Below, piece after piece: positions 36,073-49,750 of a stretch of 64,000 nt of DNA. The notes under the pieces were generated by a model that was not told where the DNA came from, made no database searches, and saw only the letters and a list, made by a program, of their open reading frames with translations. The stretch spans positions 76,880,001 to 76,944,000 of the forward strand of contig CM060732.1 of NCBI GenBank assembly GCA_030704615.1. The letters run 5' to 3'. Position numbers and translations under genes: made by a program. Each line of letters begins with the position of its first letter. Position 1 is the stretch's first letter. The stretch is from Takakia lepidozioides. Lineage: Eukaryota; Plantae; Bryophyta.

Positions 36073-39000
36073 TCACGGTTTACTGATTTCGACTAGCAAA
36101 CCTTTGTGAGTGAGCACCTTCTTGACGTTGAGAGTTTCGTGGCGGACTGTGTGTACGAGCCCGAGGTCTGTCTCTGGTTGACGGAGATGGTTGATCACTA
36201 CCTGGATAAGTGAGGCCCTCTGGAGGCTGATATCGAGGTAACCTTTCTGGCATAGGAGATCCCCTTCGCTTCTTCTCTGCCATCTGAATTGCATAGTCTT
36301 CTCCCATGTCAAAAGAATTCGGTGAAGAAACAGTTGTATCAGAATCCTCATCGCCTCTCAGGTGTTTTAATTTTCGAACTTTTTGTGGAATCATCTGGGG
36401 CATACAATGCTGTCCTACCATGTCTGGAAGTTTGTATTTACAACTTGGTGTGTAACCGCTGAACAGCAAAATTGGTGTAGACACTGAGCTCCTTGTCTGT
36501 CCAGGTGAGTGGGGTACCAATTACTGATGCAGCGTGCAAGTATTCCATGCCACATGTCCCTTATAGAAAATGTCATCAATGCCGAATTTATGTGTTGACA
36601 AATGGTTCCAGGCCGCTTGAAACCATGAACGAATTTGAGAATCCTTTTGCATCATAACTTTTGGGTCATATAGGTACATATGAGGTGGCAACCAAAGGTA
36701 ATACCCAATGATCTCCACTGGAATAACTCAGAAAGCGTGTTTGCATCTTTTGTTGCTCAATGTGTAACGTACCAGAAAACAAGCAGCGTAGTATAACCCG
36801 CACCCCATGACAATACTTGCTATCTCCTTGGTCTTGGTATAAATGAGTCCATGTACAACCTGGAAAGCAATCAATTCCCTCAACATGGTACCTGCCTCGT
36901 GCCAGTATTGTGCAAAGTGATGATCTTCAATATGTCGATTGTTTGGAAGAACTTTAGTCCTAGTTGCCACTGGCAGCCAAATACGCATGATTTGGTAGTA
37001 ATGTGCGAATGACTGCGGAGGACTAAATTCTTTCCAAGCCAAATCCAACATGATGGGAATTGGTTGAAGGGCATAATCATAGCCCTACTGTACTCCCTGG
37101 CAGCTGGAGTTTTAGGTGGGTTAAAAGCGGCATTGCCCCATACCTCCTGTGGTGGCTGTGGTGTGGTTGTAGTAACCACAGGTTCAGCTACTGGTACAGT
37201 GACTGTTGTGGTGGTGGTGGGTACTGGCTCTTGTATCATTGGCATCTCCTGCACCTCCTGTGAAGACTGAAAAGCCAAAGTTCTGGCTTGTAAATAAGAA
37301 GCCATTAGCTGTTCCTGAGGGATATAGACTCTTTGGTCGATGTTTGAAGTGAGGTCTTCCACTTGAGTCTGCAGTCCGTCTACATCCTCTTGTAACTCTG
37401 CTATCCTACTATAGACATTGTCTATAGTAGTTGTGGCAATGTTCTGCACCTGCAGCCTGAGCTCATTCATCTCGCTTTGGGTGAGCTTCCGTGGTGCTTT
37501 GCCCTCTACTGGCCCTTGTGCTAACCAGACCTGCATAAGGCTGTTATCCACCAAGTTGCTTGTGGTTCCCCTGAGAGTTTGCTCCTCTCTTAGCTTGTAC
37601 AATTCCAACTGCTGTTGTAAAGCCTCCATGCGCTTCGCCTGAGGTTCAACCAATTGCGCATAAGCAGCAAGTAGATTATTGGCTTCCTTCCAAGCCTTGT
37701 TATTGACCGCGATTTCATTTTTATTGGCCATGATGGTTTGTTGCAACTCCACGATGTGCTTCTCTTGATCAGCTTCAATCTGCCTGTATTGCTTGAAAGT
37801 ATCTTCATTGCGACAGATTGTATTCTTCATATCGACAATGAGCTTCATTTGCTCAACATTCTCTTCTTCTGCCTTCGTACATTTTTCCGCTTGACTGTTT
37901 ATTTCTTTTGTAGATTGGTCAAGCATAGTTGTGAATGTAGCACATTGTATTGCCATCCTGTTATGCACTGTCTGCAACTCCGTATGTAGTGCATTCAGTT
38001 CTTGCAACTTGCTTTCATGCTGCACCTGCATTTGGTATAGCTGTTGCTTATGTGCTTCGTGCAACTGGTCTTGCGCGAGGCCTGCCTCAATCAATTGTTG
38101 CTTGGCCAATTGCAAAGCCATTTCTGTATTCCCAAGTCCTGCTTCATCTTGAGAGTGACCTCTTCATCGACCTTGTTTGCACACTCAGTGGCAAGTCGAG
38201 CCTCAAACTCCTTCCTGAGTTCCTCTTTCAAGGCTGTCAATTGGGTAATTGGAACATGGGATTTGACATAAGTCCCCAACAAATTAAGTGTCCTGCCTAT
38301 GGAACTCATCAACATTGCCTGTTGAGGGTCATCATGGTGAGGTTGGCTGTTCCTCCTGATCTTCAACAGTTTGATGTCTCACTAACCATTCAGGCCATTG
38401 TCCCACCGGATTTTCTTCCTGAACTACTTCATCTATCACCGGTGCTACAGTGTCATGACCTTCCGCCTGTGGTACCTCCGACACAGGTGTGTGTATTATA
38501 TGCACCTCAGGATTTCCCTTGGGCAACTGTTGCACCTCTGGGATTCTGTCTCCTTGACCAGACCAGAATATTCATAGAGAAGGTCCCCCTTCTCTATTTC
38601 TGCCACTATCTGTTCTGTAGTTGGAATATCTAACCCTTCACTTTCCAAATCAATTATTTCTGGTTGAGCTGCATGGATAACTTGTGACCTTGTGACAAGT
38701 CGTTCAGGTGGCTGTGATGGTTGTGATGCAGAAGTAACTTCCTCCTCCCTCTCTGAAGGTCCTGCTTCCAGTAATAGCATTTCTCTGTGCTGCTGTGCCC
38801 CTTCCTGGCCATGAGCTTGGGAAACATTATCATGCGGAATCCGTGAAGCCAGTGGATTCCCCACCACAGTCTTTCCCCGTCTCTGCCTCTTAGTCTCGGG
38901 TTGCCCTGCTAGTCCACCCTCACTGTGTGAAGAGCCTTGCTCTTCCATTGCAGTTGTTTCTGGCTCAAACACTCCCATTTCCTTTCTTTCTTGCGCATTA

Positions 39001-39850
39001 AGTATGCCAGAATCAAGGATTATTTGAGCAATGATTGGGCCAGACACTATGATAGGAGACTTATAGAGACTTGCGTAGTACCTTGTAATCTTTTTCATCT
39101 CCTCTACCAGTGCGTTGTACATGATGTCGCCATTGTTGTACCTCTCGTCCCTTCGTCCTTTGAGTATTCCTACGTGAAGGATCTGCTCAAATACTGTTGG
39201 TTCTGTTCATGGACAATCAGAACGTTCAATACCTGGCCTACCTCTTTTAACCCTGGGTACACAGACCTTGGTACAAGCATAACCCGAGTTTAAAGAAACT
39301 CCCTTCTGGAATAAGTTCCTCTATTTGCAGTCTTGCCCTGTGTGGCTCCACATGCACCTGACCTGCTGGCAATCGAAACAATTGCTGGAGGTATAGGGGA
39401 GTTATCATTAATTCAACTCCCTTCACCGTTGTTGTTCCTGTCCTTGGCTCAAAGTTCTGCAAAAAATTGTAACATGTACTGTCTATGGTGTGTGTCCAAT
39501 AGGCTTTGCAATCCTGCAATCTCAGCTCCTCCAGTATCTGTATCGCCTGTGTGGTAGGTAGCAATCGTTTGTTTCTGCAAAATTGTGGTGCTCTTCACCC
39601 TGATTTCCTCCATTCCTCTCACTCTCTTCATTTTAGACTCACAGAAATGTTTTTGGCTGTAACAACTACAGGATGCCTGTAGTGCACAAAGCATAAACGT
39701 ATGGTGTCGCAGAAAGCTATGGGTAATTTCTTGTAAGCCTGCGGGGCTTGCAAGCATCGCTCAAGAGAGAAGCTCCGCTCTGTCCTTTCGTGTCTATGCC
39801 ACTGCGTAAGTAATATTGCGAGCGAGCGTATAGTCTGTTAGTTCCTCCAT
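36073..39850 (-). pseudogene. Long 3' extra ORF of copy D (coiled-coil centre), frameshifted
   Basis: Chain of ORF fragments collinear with copy A 13834-15658 and continuing through a Q/E/L/K-rich segment (36880-38121) towards the PPT. Confidence 0.7.
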
Positions 39851-40669
39851 AGTTTCCAAGGTATAGCATTGATGGTCTGTCCTGTCGAGACGCCCGTTAC
39901 TGGAACGACGCCGCCTCTGCGCTCAATTTCCCTCCATTTTCTTGATCCCTTTCTGGTTTTCTATTGGCTGTATCCGCTGTGACTGGATTTTAGATTTTAT
40001 CTTCTTTAGTGGACTTTCCTTGTTGGATAGTCCACTAGGATCACACATGTGACAAGAATCCGCTCTTTTCTGTACTTGCCGTTCGTTTTAAGTTTCCCTT
40101 TTCCGTACTCATTAATGGGCCCGCCTTTCATCCCTTTTGACGGCCGTTTTGTCCTCTTTCCTTTTGACACCTGTTCTTGCCACTTCCTTCTCGGCTGTGT
40201 GTCGCGCCCTGACCTCCACGTGTCCATTTTAAAGTAATTTCCGTTTCCTCTTCCGTCAGCCATTTCCTGAAGTTATTATTGTCCACTTGTCACTGATTCT
40301 ATGGATCGTGTAACTTTAGTAGGCTGTGTTGAGCTGTGACAGGCTGTATCATACTGTGTTACGTTGTGATAGGCTGTGATGTGATGCACTGTGGTAAGCT
40401 GTGTGTGATAGGCTGTGACACGCTGTGGTAGGTTGTGATAGGCTGTGTTGCGCCGTGCTGGGCTGTGATAGGCTGTGTCACGGTGATGGGCTGTGATAGG
40501 CTTGTGTCACGTTGTGATGGGCTGTGATAGGCTGTGTCACGTCGTGATGGGCTGTGATAGGCTGTGCTTTGCCTTGATGGGCTGTGATAGGATGTGTCAC
40601 GTTTGTTTTGGCCCCCCTGGTCATATATGCTGGGCCTAGCGACAAGTGTTCCATACTCCGTTCGTAACA

Positions 40670-43600
40670 CTGGTGCAGCCCGTGACTGCTCTTGCGGTTC
40701 AACATGCAAATCATGCTGCAGGGGTTTGTCATGGATACCACTGTACCCCTTCAACTTATTTGCATTGACTCTTCCCAGCATTTCTTTGTTAATGGTTTGT
40801 AACATGGCGGTGTTGTTATCATACATCTTTTGTATGACATAAGGTCCTTTCCACGGTGATTTAAGCTTAGAAGCTTGAATCTTTCCTTTCTTCTGCAACC
40901 ATAGAACCAAAATCCCCCGTTTAAAAGTCTTTAACTTGCCTTCCTCAAACTGTTCCTTTCGCTTCATCTGAATTCTGGTCATATTATCAGCTGCATCAGC
41001 ACGTACTTCTTCCACATGGTATAATTCATGTTTCCTGACCTTGATGGAGTCTTGCAATTCCATTCTCTTCCACACTCCGTTCTCATGGTAGGTAACAGGA
41101 ATTCCACTGGAAGTAAGGCTTCCATACCATAAACTAATTGGAATGGTGTATACTTAGTGGTGACTTTATATGAAGTCCTGTATGACCACAAAGCTGTCAG
41201 CAGCTTTGTATCCAATCCGTTCTGTTTGCATTGACTATCTTAGCCAAGATAGTACATAGTATTTTGTTGGTAGCCTCTGCCTGCCCATTACCCTGTGGGT
41301 AATATGTTGTACTCTTTCTATGCACAATCATAAACTCTTTAGTCAACAACTCAATGGTCGCATTCATGAAGTGACTTCCTTGATCACTGATAAATTCTAA
41401 GGGACAGCCAAATCGTGTAAGTATGTTCTCGTACAGGAACCTTGCTGTGGACTTGGCTGTGTTGTCCCTCAAAGCTTTAGCTTCCACCCACTTTGTAGTA
41501 TAATCAGTGGCTGTAATTATGTACCTGTTTCGTGTATTCTTGGATGGTAGGTTAATTGGTCCAACAAAGTCTAGTCCCCATTTCTGAATGGTTTGTAGGC
41601 ATTGTAGGATGCAAGGCCATCCTTCCAGATCTCTGCAAAGGTCCTAGCCTCTGACATTCATCACACTTCTGACAATACTCGTGTACATCTTTGAACAAAG
41701 TAGGCCACCAGTATTCTGCGAGTAGTATCTTTCTACTGGTAGTCTCTTCTCCAAAATGACCTACAGCCACTCCTTTATGAACTTCCGCCAAAACTTTATT
41801 TACTTCATGGTGGTACAAGCATCGTTTTAGTACTCCATCAGGTCCTAACTTATACATTCTGCTTCCTACCATAGTATAAGGTAAAGCTTTGATAGCGATT
41901 CTCTCCTCTGCTCCTTACCATAACTAGGTGGGCACTGACCATGAGCAAGGTAGTATCTGATTAGCCACTGCCAATCTAACCAGTCATCTGCATTTCCTGC
42001 ACCTCCACTGCAAAGAGACTCGCATCTGGTAATTGATCATCTATTCTGTGGCTGGTTCTCCTGTTGACAATCGTGACAAATGATCCGCCACAAGATGCAG
42101 TCTCCCAGGCTTGTAAACAACCTCGAACTCAAACTCGTGCAAGATTATCAACCATCTTGCTATTCTTCCGCTTATCAGAGGTTTGTTTACCAGGTATATC
42201 AGAGCCTGGTGATCCACATAGAACATAAACTTCTTGCCCAACAGGTAATGCCTGAATTTCTTCACTGCATAAATCATTGCCAATGCTTCTCTTTCCGTTG
42301 TGCTATAGTTCCTCTCAGCACTGTTCATCAACCGGCTAGCATAGTACACAGGTGAATCTATATTCCCTGTAACATTCTGGGCTAACACCGCTCCCAACGC
42401 TTCTCTTGATGCATCGCAGTGAACATGGAATACTACATGCCAGTGAGGGTTAATCAGCACAGGTGTAGTTGTTACTGACAGTGTAAGTTCCTCAAATGCC
42501 TGTTGACATTCAGTTGTCCAGGCAAACACTGCATCTTTCTTCAGTAGTTTGCTCAATGGTGCTGCTATTTGTGCATACCTTTTGACAAATCTCCTGTAAT
42601 AACTGGTTTGCCCAAGGAATCTTCGTAGACTTTTAACATTCACTGGTGGTGGAGAGGCTTTAATGGACTCTGTCTTTCTGGGATCCACAAGGAGTCCCTT
42701 CTTACACACAATGTGTCCCAGAAGCACCCTGAGTTCACACAGAAAGTACACTTCTCCGGATTCAGGCCCAGACCTCTCATCCTGCATCTGGCCAAAATAA
42801 CTCCAATTTATGCAAGTGCTCACTCTTAGAGCAGTACACACTGAAATCATCCAAGAATTCCTGCATGAAATCATCCAGATACTCATGAAAAGATTCACTT
42901 ATTACTCTCTGAAAGGTCGCTGGTGCATTACAAAGTCCAAAGGGCATGACTTTGTATGCATAAGCCCCCCAGTCTGTGATGAAAGCTGTTTTCCCTTGGT
43001 CTTCTTCTGCCACTTGCACTTGATTATAACCACTGAAGCCATCCATGAATGAGTACATCTCATGGCCTGCCACAGTGTCTAATACTGCTTCTGTGAATGG
43101 CAAAGGGAAAGGATCTTTCTTCGTACAAGCATTCAGCTTCTTATAGTTCACATATACTCTTAGTTTGCCATTCTTCTTGGAAACTATTACAATGGGTGAC
43201 AACCAAGTTGTATACTCTATTGGGTATATAAACTTAGCCTCAGCCAACTTCTAATATCTCTTCTCCAACCTTCTGTGCGTAGTTGGGATTCATTCTATAC
43301 CTCGCCTGCTTGATTGGTACTGACCCTGGTTCCAGTTCAATCTTATGCTGACAGACTTCAGGTGGTATCCCTTTTAGATCCTCATAGCTCCAAGCAAATA
43401 CATCTCTGTATTTGATGAACAAGCTTTTAGCTTCTTCGAAGAATTCCGGCTCCAAATCAGCTCCTACTTTCACCATCCTCGGTTCCTCTTTAGTTCCCAC
43501 ATTTACTTCTCTCACCTGCTCATCAGCTGTGATTGTCCAACCAGTCACCACTTCATCATGTAAGCTCATAGTGGCTGGTTCTTCTAGGATTTCTATTTCT

Positions 43601-46600
43601 CCTTCTCTCTCTTCATAGAAATGTGATGGGTAAATGCTGGTTTCCTCTTCAGTTGGTGTTGCTGTCACTACACCACAGCAGATACCTCTCAAACAACTTA
43701 GGCTTTCCAGCCGCATCTCTGCAACCTGCTCCCACTCTGGGTGTGCAGCAAATAGGGTAGCTTCCTGCTCCTCATCCAGTCCTCCTCTCCAGTCATACTC
43801 TCTGACTCCTCGAGGTCTTCTTGTAGCAGGTAATCTACTAGATTTCTTTGTGGTAATTTGTATCTCATGTATCCCTTATGCACGGTTAGTAACTGAGAAT
43901 TCCAGTCATGGAATACCCTGGCCTGTTTCAGCCACGGACGTCCCAATAATAAGGAGTAAGCCTCCATGACTTCATCCATTTTTAATACAGTTACTGTGAT
44001 CATAAAGATCATTTTCTGTATCTGTATCTTAACTCCTCTTATTAATCCCAATGGCTGCACACTCCTTTGATCTGCCATTGTTACTGTAAATGGGGCTGGT
44101 TTCATGTTACTTAGACCAAGCTTCTTCCTTAATTGGTCTGTCATGATATTTACTCCAGAACCACCATCTATCAGTACATCAGTTAGTTCTGTGCTTCCAA
44201 TTCTCAATTGGATTACTGGCATAGAATCATCAAAGTCCATGACTGGTTCTCGCCCTTCCGGCTTCACATTATAACTGGTCACCTTGCTGTTCAGGTCTGT
44301 GTTTCCTGTCTCTTGGGCAATTTGATTGATTGCTTGATACAGCCTGTGCCTACAATAAGGTGCCATAGCCAATAGCTGTCCAATGGTAATTTCTGCTTTG
44401 GTCTGACATATTACTGCAGCCAAAGTCTCTTCATTACTTTGCATGTCTGCATCTTCTTTTTTCCTTTCTTCCTCACTCCATTCTTTTTCTCCATCCGAAT
44501 CAGAGAAATCTGCCACAAGAATATCAGTACTCTTTTGCATTTCCCTTATAGTATCTGCCACTTCCTTGTGCAGTTCCTTCTCATCTTTCCAAGTCTCTTC
44601 ATCTTCAGGCATATCATTGCCACTTCCAGTCTCATCTTCTTCCTCTTCTACTGGAGGTATTAGTTTGGCTTTACTTCTTGTTACTATCATTGTACTTACT
44701 TCTGGTACAACACATGGCCTAACCATGTGAGCTGCCACCACTGGGCCCTCATTCACAGGAGCTCTCATCTCATTCTGGTGTCTTATCCAGAATGAACAGG
44801 CTGTCTTGCGATGTCCTGGCTGATTACAATAGTAACATAGCTCTTCACCATTGGGTCCTCGTCCTTGGTCTGTTCTTGGATTATTTCTATAATCCTGATT
44901 CCCTGGCTGGTAATTCCCCCTTGGATTACCCTGATAGTTGCCTCTGGAATTTCCTTGGTAATTCCCTCTTGAATTACCTCTCCCTTCCATGCCATTGTTA
45001 TAACCACCAGACCTACCATAGTGGTCCTGATCATTGTTTCTTCTTGGCTGGGGCTGCACCTGATGCACCCTTACTTGCCTAGGTTCTCTTGCAGCTGTCC
45101 TTCTGTTGTAGTAACAATTCTCAGTAGAATGGTTATCCATTTTACAGATAGTACATTGTTTCTCCTTCATGTGGCATTCTGTGGTGGTATGGCCTTCATT
45201 CTGGCACTTTGCACACCCTACACCCTTCCTCCAATGTTTGCAGTTGCAGCCTCTGTGGCATACTTCTTCAAGATTTCTTCCAATTTTTTCATAGTTATCC
45301 CTCTTCAACTTCGCCTTCTCTTTACTCTTTCTTTTTAGTTCTTGCTCTTCTTCTTCATCTGACTCATCCTCAGAGTCCTCATCTTCTTTTTTCTCTCTCC
45401 TGAGCATTCCCAATTGCTCAATTCTGTTCGCAGTTTCAAATGCCTCCTCCACTGTATTATGGGGTAACATATCCACTTTCTTTTGCAACTCCGGTCTTAG
45501 TCCACTCACAAACCAAGTCTTCTGTAACCCGGGCGCTGGTACTGCAGCCAGCTTTTTCATCATCAATTCCATCTTCTCCATATACTCTTCAACAGTTTCA
45601 TGCTTCTTCTGCTTCAGCTGTTGTAAACTTCCATACACTTCATCCTCAGTTTTACTTGTCCTGAACCTATTTCGAAATGCTGTATTCAAGCCATTCCAGG
45701 TTAGGAAATGATTATCAGGGAATCTTGCATACCATTCACTTGCTTTCTTGATAAGTGAACAAGGAACAGTCTCATCTTGGCATCATCGCCATTCTCATTG
45801 TTCACTATACACATGTGCTGAAATTGGCTAATGTGTACATCGGGATCCCCTTTTCCTGAATATATTGGAAAGGGTGGTTTTGCCCGTGTTGGTTGCAACG
45901 CCATCTGTGGCCCTACCTTCTGCCCACTGACAGGTGCTGGCACCCTTGCTGGTGCTGGTCCTTCTGGACCTGTTGTTTTTGTGGTGGATCTTCCACCAAG
46001 TGGTGGCCCTTGAGCACTCCTTGCTTCTGGCCCCACGATATTCACAGTATTCCCAGCTTCAGTTGCACTACTTCCCACACTCCCTGTCCCCCCAGAGCCA
46101 GATCCAGGCAGCCCGCCTGATCCCCCTGAGCCGACACCTTCGTTGGCCTGTGATCCAAGTGCTCCACTTGATCCAGGTCCAATGGGTTGGGATGTCCTGG
46201 TTGTAGTCTCAACCTCAGCTGTTGGGTCTACTTCTTCATATTCTTCCTCTTCTAATTTCTTCTCTCTGTTTTCATCCTCCAAGTTCTGCCCTTGGGTTCT
46301 TCTTCACTCATGTAACTCAACTGTAATGGTGTTGGAGAGTCTGAACTCTCCGTTGGCTCTGCCACATCCTCTTCTCCTTCTTCACCTTCTGCTTCAGAAA
46401 CTGGAGTTCCTGCTTTTGGTGTTCCATGCCAACTCTTATCAAAGATTTCTGTCAAGTCTTTTATCCAAGGATGTACCTCAGATCTTTCACCTCGTGATTG
46501 ATCTTCTTCCTGTACCAATTCCCTTAATCTTTCTTGCAAAGAAACAGAAGGAGTGGCATCCAACTCTAGTTCTTCCGGTATAGGTGATGCACTCTTTGAT

Positions 46601-46735
46601 CTTAATGGTGTGAGAGGTCCAGATGATTCCCCTATGTCTATTCCTCTCTCCCAAAGATATGGATAATAAGCTTTCAGATAGCTTTCTCTTTTTGCTGAAT
46701 ATCTCTGTCGTCTAGCTTCCTTTCATCACTGTCCA
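40670..46735 (-). pseudogene. gag-pol: gag-pol of copy D, multiple frameshifts
   Basis: Fragments near-identical to A/B proteins; gag to protease is one frame (43698-45689). Confidence 0.9.
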
Positions 46736-46750
46736 TGTCTTTCATTTCTT

Positions 46751-47446
46751 TTAATGTGGCAATAACCAAAACTCTCTTCTGTAATATCTCTCGTATATGC
46801 CTGGGTTTCTTTCAAGCTTCAATGCACCCTTGGCTATACTTGAAGTCTCCGTTACCATATAACCATATGGCAAACAAGTCTGAAAAGCTGTTCTTGGTGT
46901 GAGTTTGATCCACAAAATATCCTTTGGAATCCAATTCTTTACCAGTACAAGCTCTTCATGCATATGAGTATAAACATTCACCTTCCTTTCTTCCCAGCCT
47001 TCAAACTCTACTCGTTTAATGGATAGCAATGCTATCACATAAACCAATGTTGGTAACCAACGTGCTCTTCCTCTACAGGCTACCTGATAAATCTTTATCA
47101 CTCCTTTCTCCAGACCCCATTCTGGATCAGCATCATGCACTCGTTTAAGAATATTTTCTTTACAACCGTCTGGCAATTCCAAGAACCTTTGAAAGAATTG
47201 TTTGGACAATCTTTCTTCCTTCGTTCCACAGGGAATTTGATTCACTTCAAATTCTTTAATGGTCCAACCACCATGATCCCACCAGATGCCTGTCACATCT
47301 GGTTGTTCATGTCCCAGGTCCCCAGTATGGTCGCCAAATGTCGCGCGGCTTTTACTCACCCATCCCTTCGCTATTCGAGGCGGAAACTCCAAAATTGAAG
47401 AGTTGGAAATCTCTAAGTACTCAGCCCGCGCAGAACAATCAGTCAT
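46751..47446 (-). CDS. 5' extra ORF of copy D (231 aa)
   Basis: Same protein as 19978-20676 apart from one residue indel. Confidence 0.65.
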   Translation of the reverse strand: MTDCSARAEYLEISNSSILEFPPRIAKGWVSKSRATFGDHTGDLGHEQPDVTGIWWDHGGWTIKEFEVNQIPCGTKEERLSKQFFQRFLELPDGCKENILKRVHDADPEWGLEKGVIKIYQVACRGRARWLPTLVYVIALLSIKRVEFEGWEERKVNVYTHMHEELVLVKNWIPKDILWIKLTPRTAFQTCLPYGYMVTETSSIAKGALKLERNPGIYERYYRREFWLLPH

Positions 47447-48168
47447 GACCTACAGCTAGTGTATCATGGGGGTGTTTCCTATTTGTTTCCCTTTTGGTAT
47501 TCATGTTAACTATCTTACCATTGATAATTAAGTATCAGTTTGCTTCATGTGGGCCGAATAGGTCATCTTCTATCAGATTAAGATTTATCAGGTATCAGGC
47601 CAATGCCATGGTGTCCCTAATCTGCCCTACTGTATGATTCTGCAGCTTGCATGAATTAAGCATCGATCAAGTCATCTTCCCATCTTCGCCGTTTCCTCCA
47701 TCCCTGGTTCCGTTTCCGCTCTCCGCTTCATCTCATCTTCCCCTGACCAAGTCGCTCTCCAAGAAGTGATCCCTCCCCCGTTGCTGCTCTGCCTCATCTA
47801 CATGCAAGCTGTTCTAACCACCTAACTAACTAACTGTCACCCCAAGAAGTAACACGTTTCCCCTGCAGATGTCGTTCTTACATAGTCGTTCCCTGCCAAT
47901 GATAACCGTTCCCTATGTACGCTGTGACTGGCTGTGCCAAACTATGTCGGGCTGTGACTGTGCCAAGCTGTGACTGGCTGTGTCGGACTGTGTCAGGCTG
48001 TGATTGGCTGTGTGAAACTGTGTGAAGCTATGTCGAGCTGTGTCGTGTTGTGTCTAACTGTGCGAAGCTGTGTCGAGCTGTGATAGACTGTGACGGGCTG
48101 TGACTGGCTGTGTGAGGCTGTGTCGGATTGTGACGGGCTGTGACTGGTTGTGTAACCTGTGTACCCCC

Positions 48169-48202
<34 letters not shown>

Positions 48203-48334
48203 TTCCTAAAGCCTGTGCCTGTCACCCCTAAGGCCTCTGTTGGTCTAAGTCTATCATCCGTAAGTTTGCGCAAAAATTAAGGGTACCCCACAAAACCCAT
48301 AATAGTGTCTAAGTCCCAGACAACCCTCTAAACA
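47339..48334 (-). repeat. 5' LTR of copy D (mosaic; contains a long C tract)
   Basis: 47339-47548 matches the family LTR; the remainder is a diverged variant ending CTCTAAACA. Confidence 0.8.
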
Positions 48335-49750
48335 ACGTGCAGTGGGGGAGTGTAGGCAGGCCTGTGGGTGCAAGGATGATAATGAGTAGAGGCCATTGTA
48401 TTTTAATGCAAGGTGTTTGAGAAGTCCCTGGTAAATGATACCTAGGTGCCCAGGATTGTTGAGTGCTTCTTGTAATGGGGTAACTAATGTATGAGCATAC
48501 GAGATGATTAATGGGCTCGAACCAATTCTGTAGTGGTCAGTAGGGAGTTGCGTGAGGGCATTGGGAGGCTAGTCGGTAGGCCACATACACGCTTTGTTAG
48601 CTGAATAAAACATCAAGTTTTTTGATGTCCGGTAGGGAGAAGGGTGCGGCGTGGAATGAGTATTGAATTTGTGTTTGTAGTACGGATTGAATGATTGATA
48701 ATTTTGGTCGAATGACAATAGGGGATTTGAGCAGGGCAAGGCTTTTGGTAGCGAGTTTGGATGATGTAGATTCTTTTTGGATATGCCATGTGAGGGAGGG
48801 AACGAGTTGTATACCTAGGTAAGTATATGGCTCGTCTGGTCCTAGAAAGGGAAATGGTGTGTTTTGGTAGTGTACATAGAGTTTGTGAGGCTATGGCAGT
48901 TTTGGTGAGCTGACTATGATGTGTTGCGGCTGTGATGGCGCACTTGTGCAGGCTGAGTTCCATGCCTGACCATAGATTGAATCTGAATAGTTTGTTTACT
49001 TGTCGGTTTATGTGTTGTGGTTTATGTGCCAGGATAGCTAGATCATCTGCATATGCTGCAGCGGAGATGTCACTTGATGAGGTTTTGTATTGGTATCCGA
49101 GCTTGCCGTGAGCTAGCCATCTGAGAAGGGGTTCTAGGAAGACAATGAATAGGTAGGGGCTTAAGGTGTCACCTTGGATAGTTCCCCGGAGGATGGGGAT
49201 AGGCGGGGTGGAACCATAGTATGCACCAAAATATTCAGTGGTACTGTTTGTGTAGATGTTTCCTATTAGTTGGACAGCATCAGTGGGGTAACCAAGGTCA
49301 AGCATGATAGCAAGTAGTCTAGCTGAAGGCATTTTTAAAATTGATATATAAAATATAAATATTTTGCTTTGTAAGTTTAGCATCTTCGAGTGCGAATAGA
49401 ACATATTGTATTTGTCGTGTTGTGCTGCGTGTAGCTCAGAATCCTTCTTGGGGGTCACTAAGAATTTGGTGTTGCTCGCCATAACTTGATAGCATTGTGG
49501 TGAGCGTGCTGGTGAATAGCTTGTATATAGTGTTGGCCAGTGCTATGGGCCTATAATTACTGAGATCTGTAGGGTCGCATTTTTTTAATAGTAGAATGGT
49601 TCGATTGTGCTTCCAGGAGTGTGGGATTCGTTTTAGTTTGTAACATAGTTGAAAATTTTTAAAAATGAGGGAGTGTAGTTGAGGGTCTAATGCTTGAAGT
49701 ATGGCATTTGGTATAAGATCGGGTCCCGGGGCTTTAGATTTTGATAGCAA
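48335..49750 (-). mobile_element. Non-LTR retrotransposon RT fragment (Dualen/RandI-like), degenerate
   Basis: KAPGPD, NYRPIAL, QEGF*..ST.RQ...LEDA, DLGYPTDAV, GTIQGDTLSPYLF...EPLLRWL, YADDL. Confidence 0.85.

Larger units (their letters stand above)
35092..48334 (-). mobile_element. Ty3/gypsy copy D, two-LTR ~13.2-kb element, frameshifted
   Basis: 5' LTR 47339-48334, PBS 47319-47338, extra ORF, gag-pol, 3' ORF, PPT, 3' LTR 35092-36043. Flanking 5-mers do not match. Confidence 0.93.
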
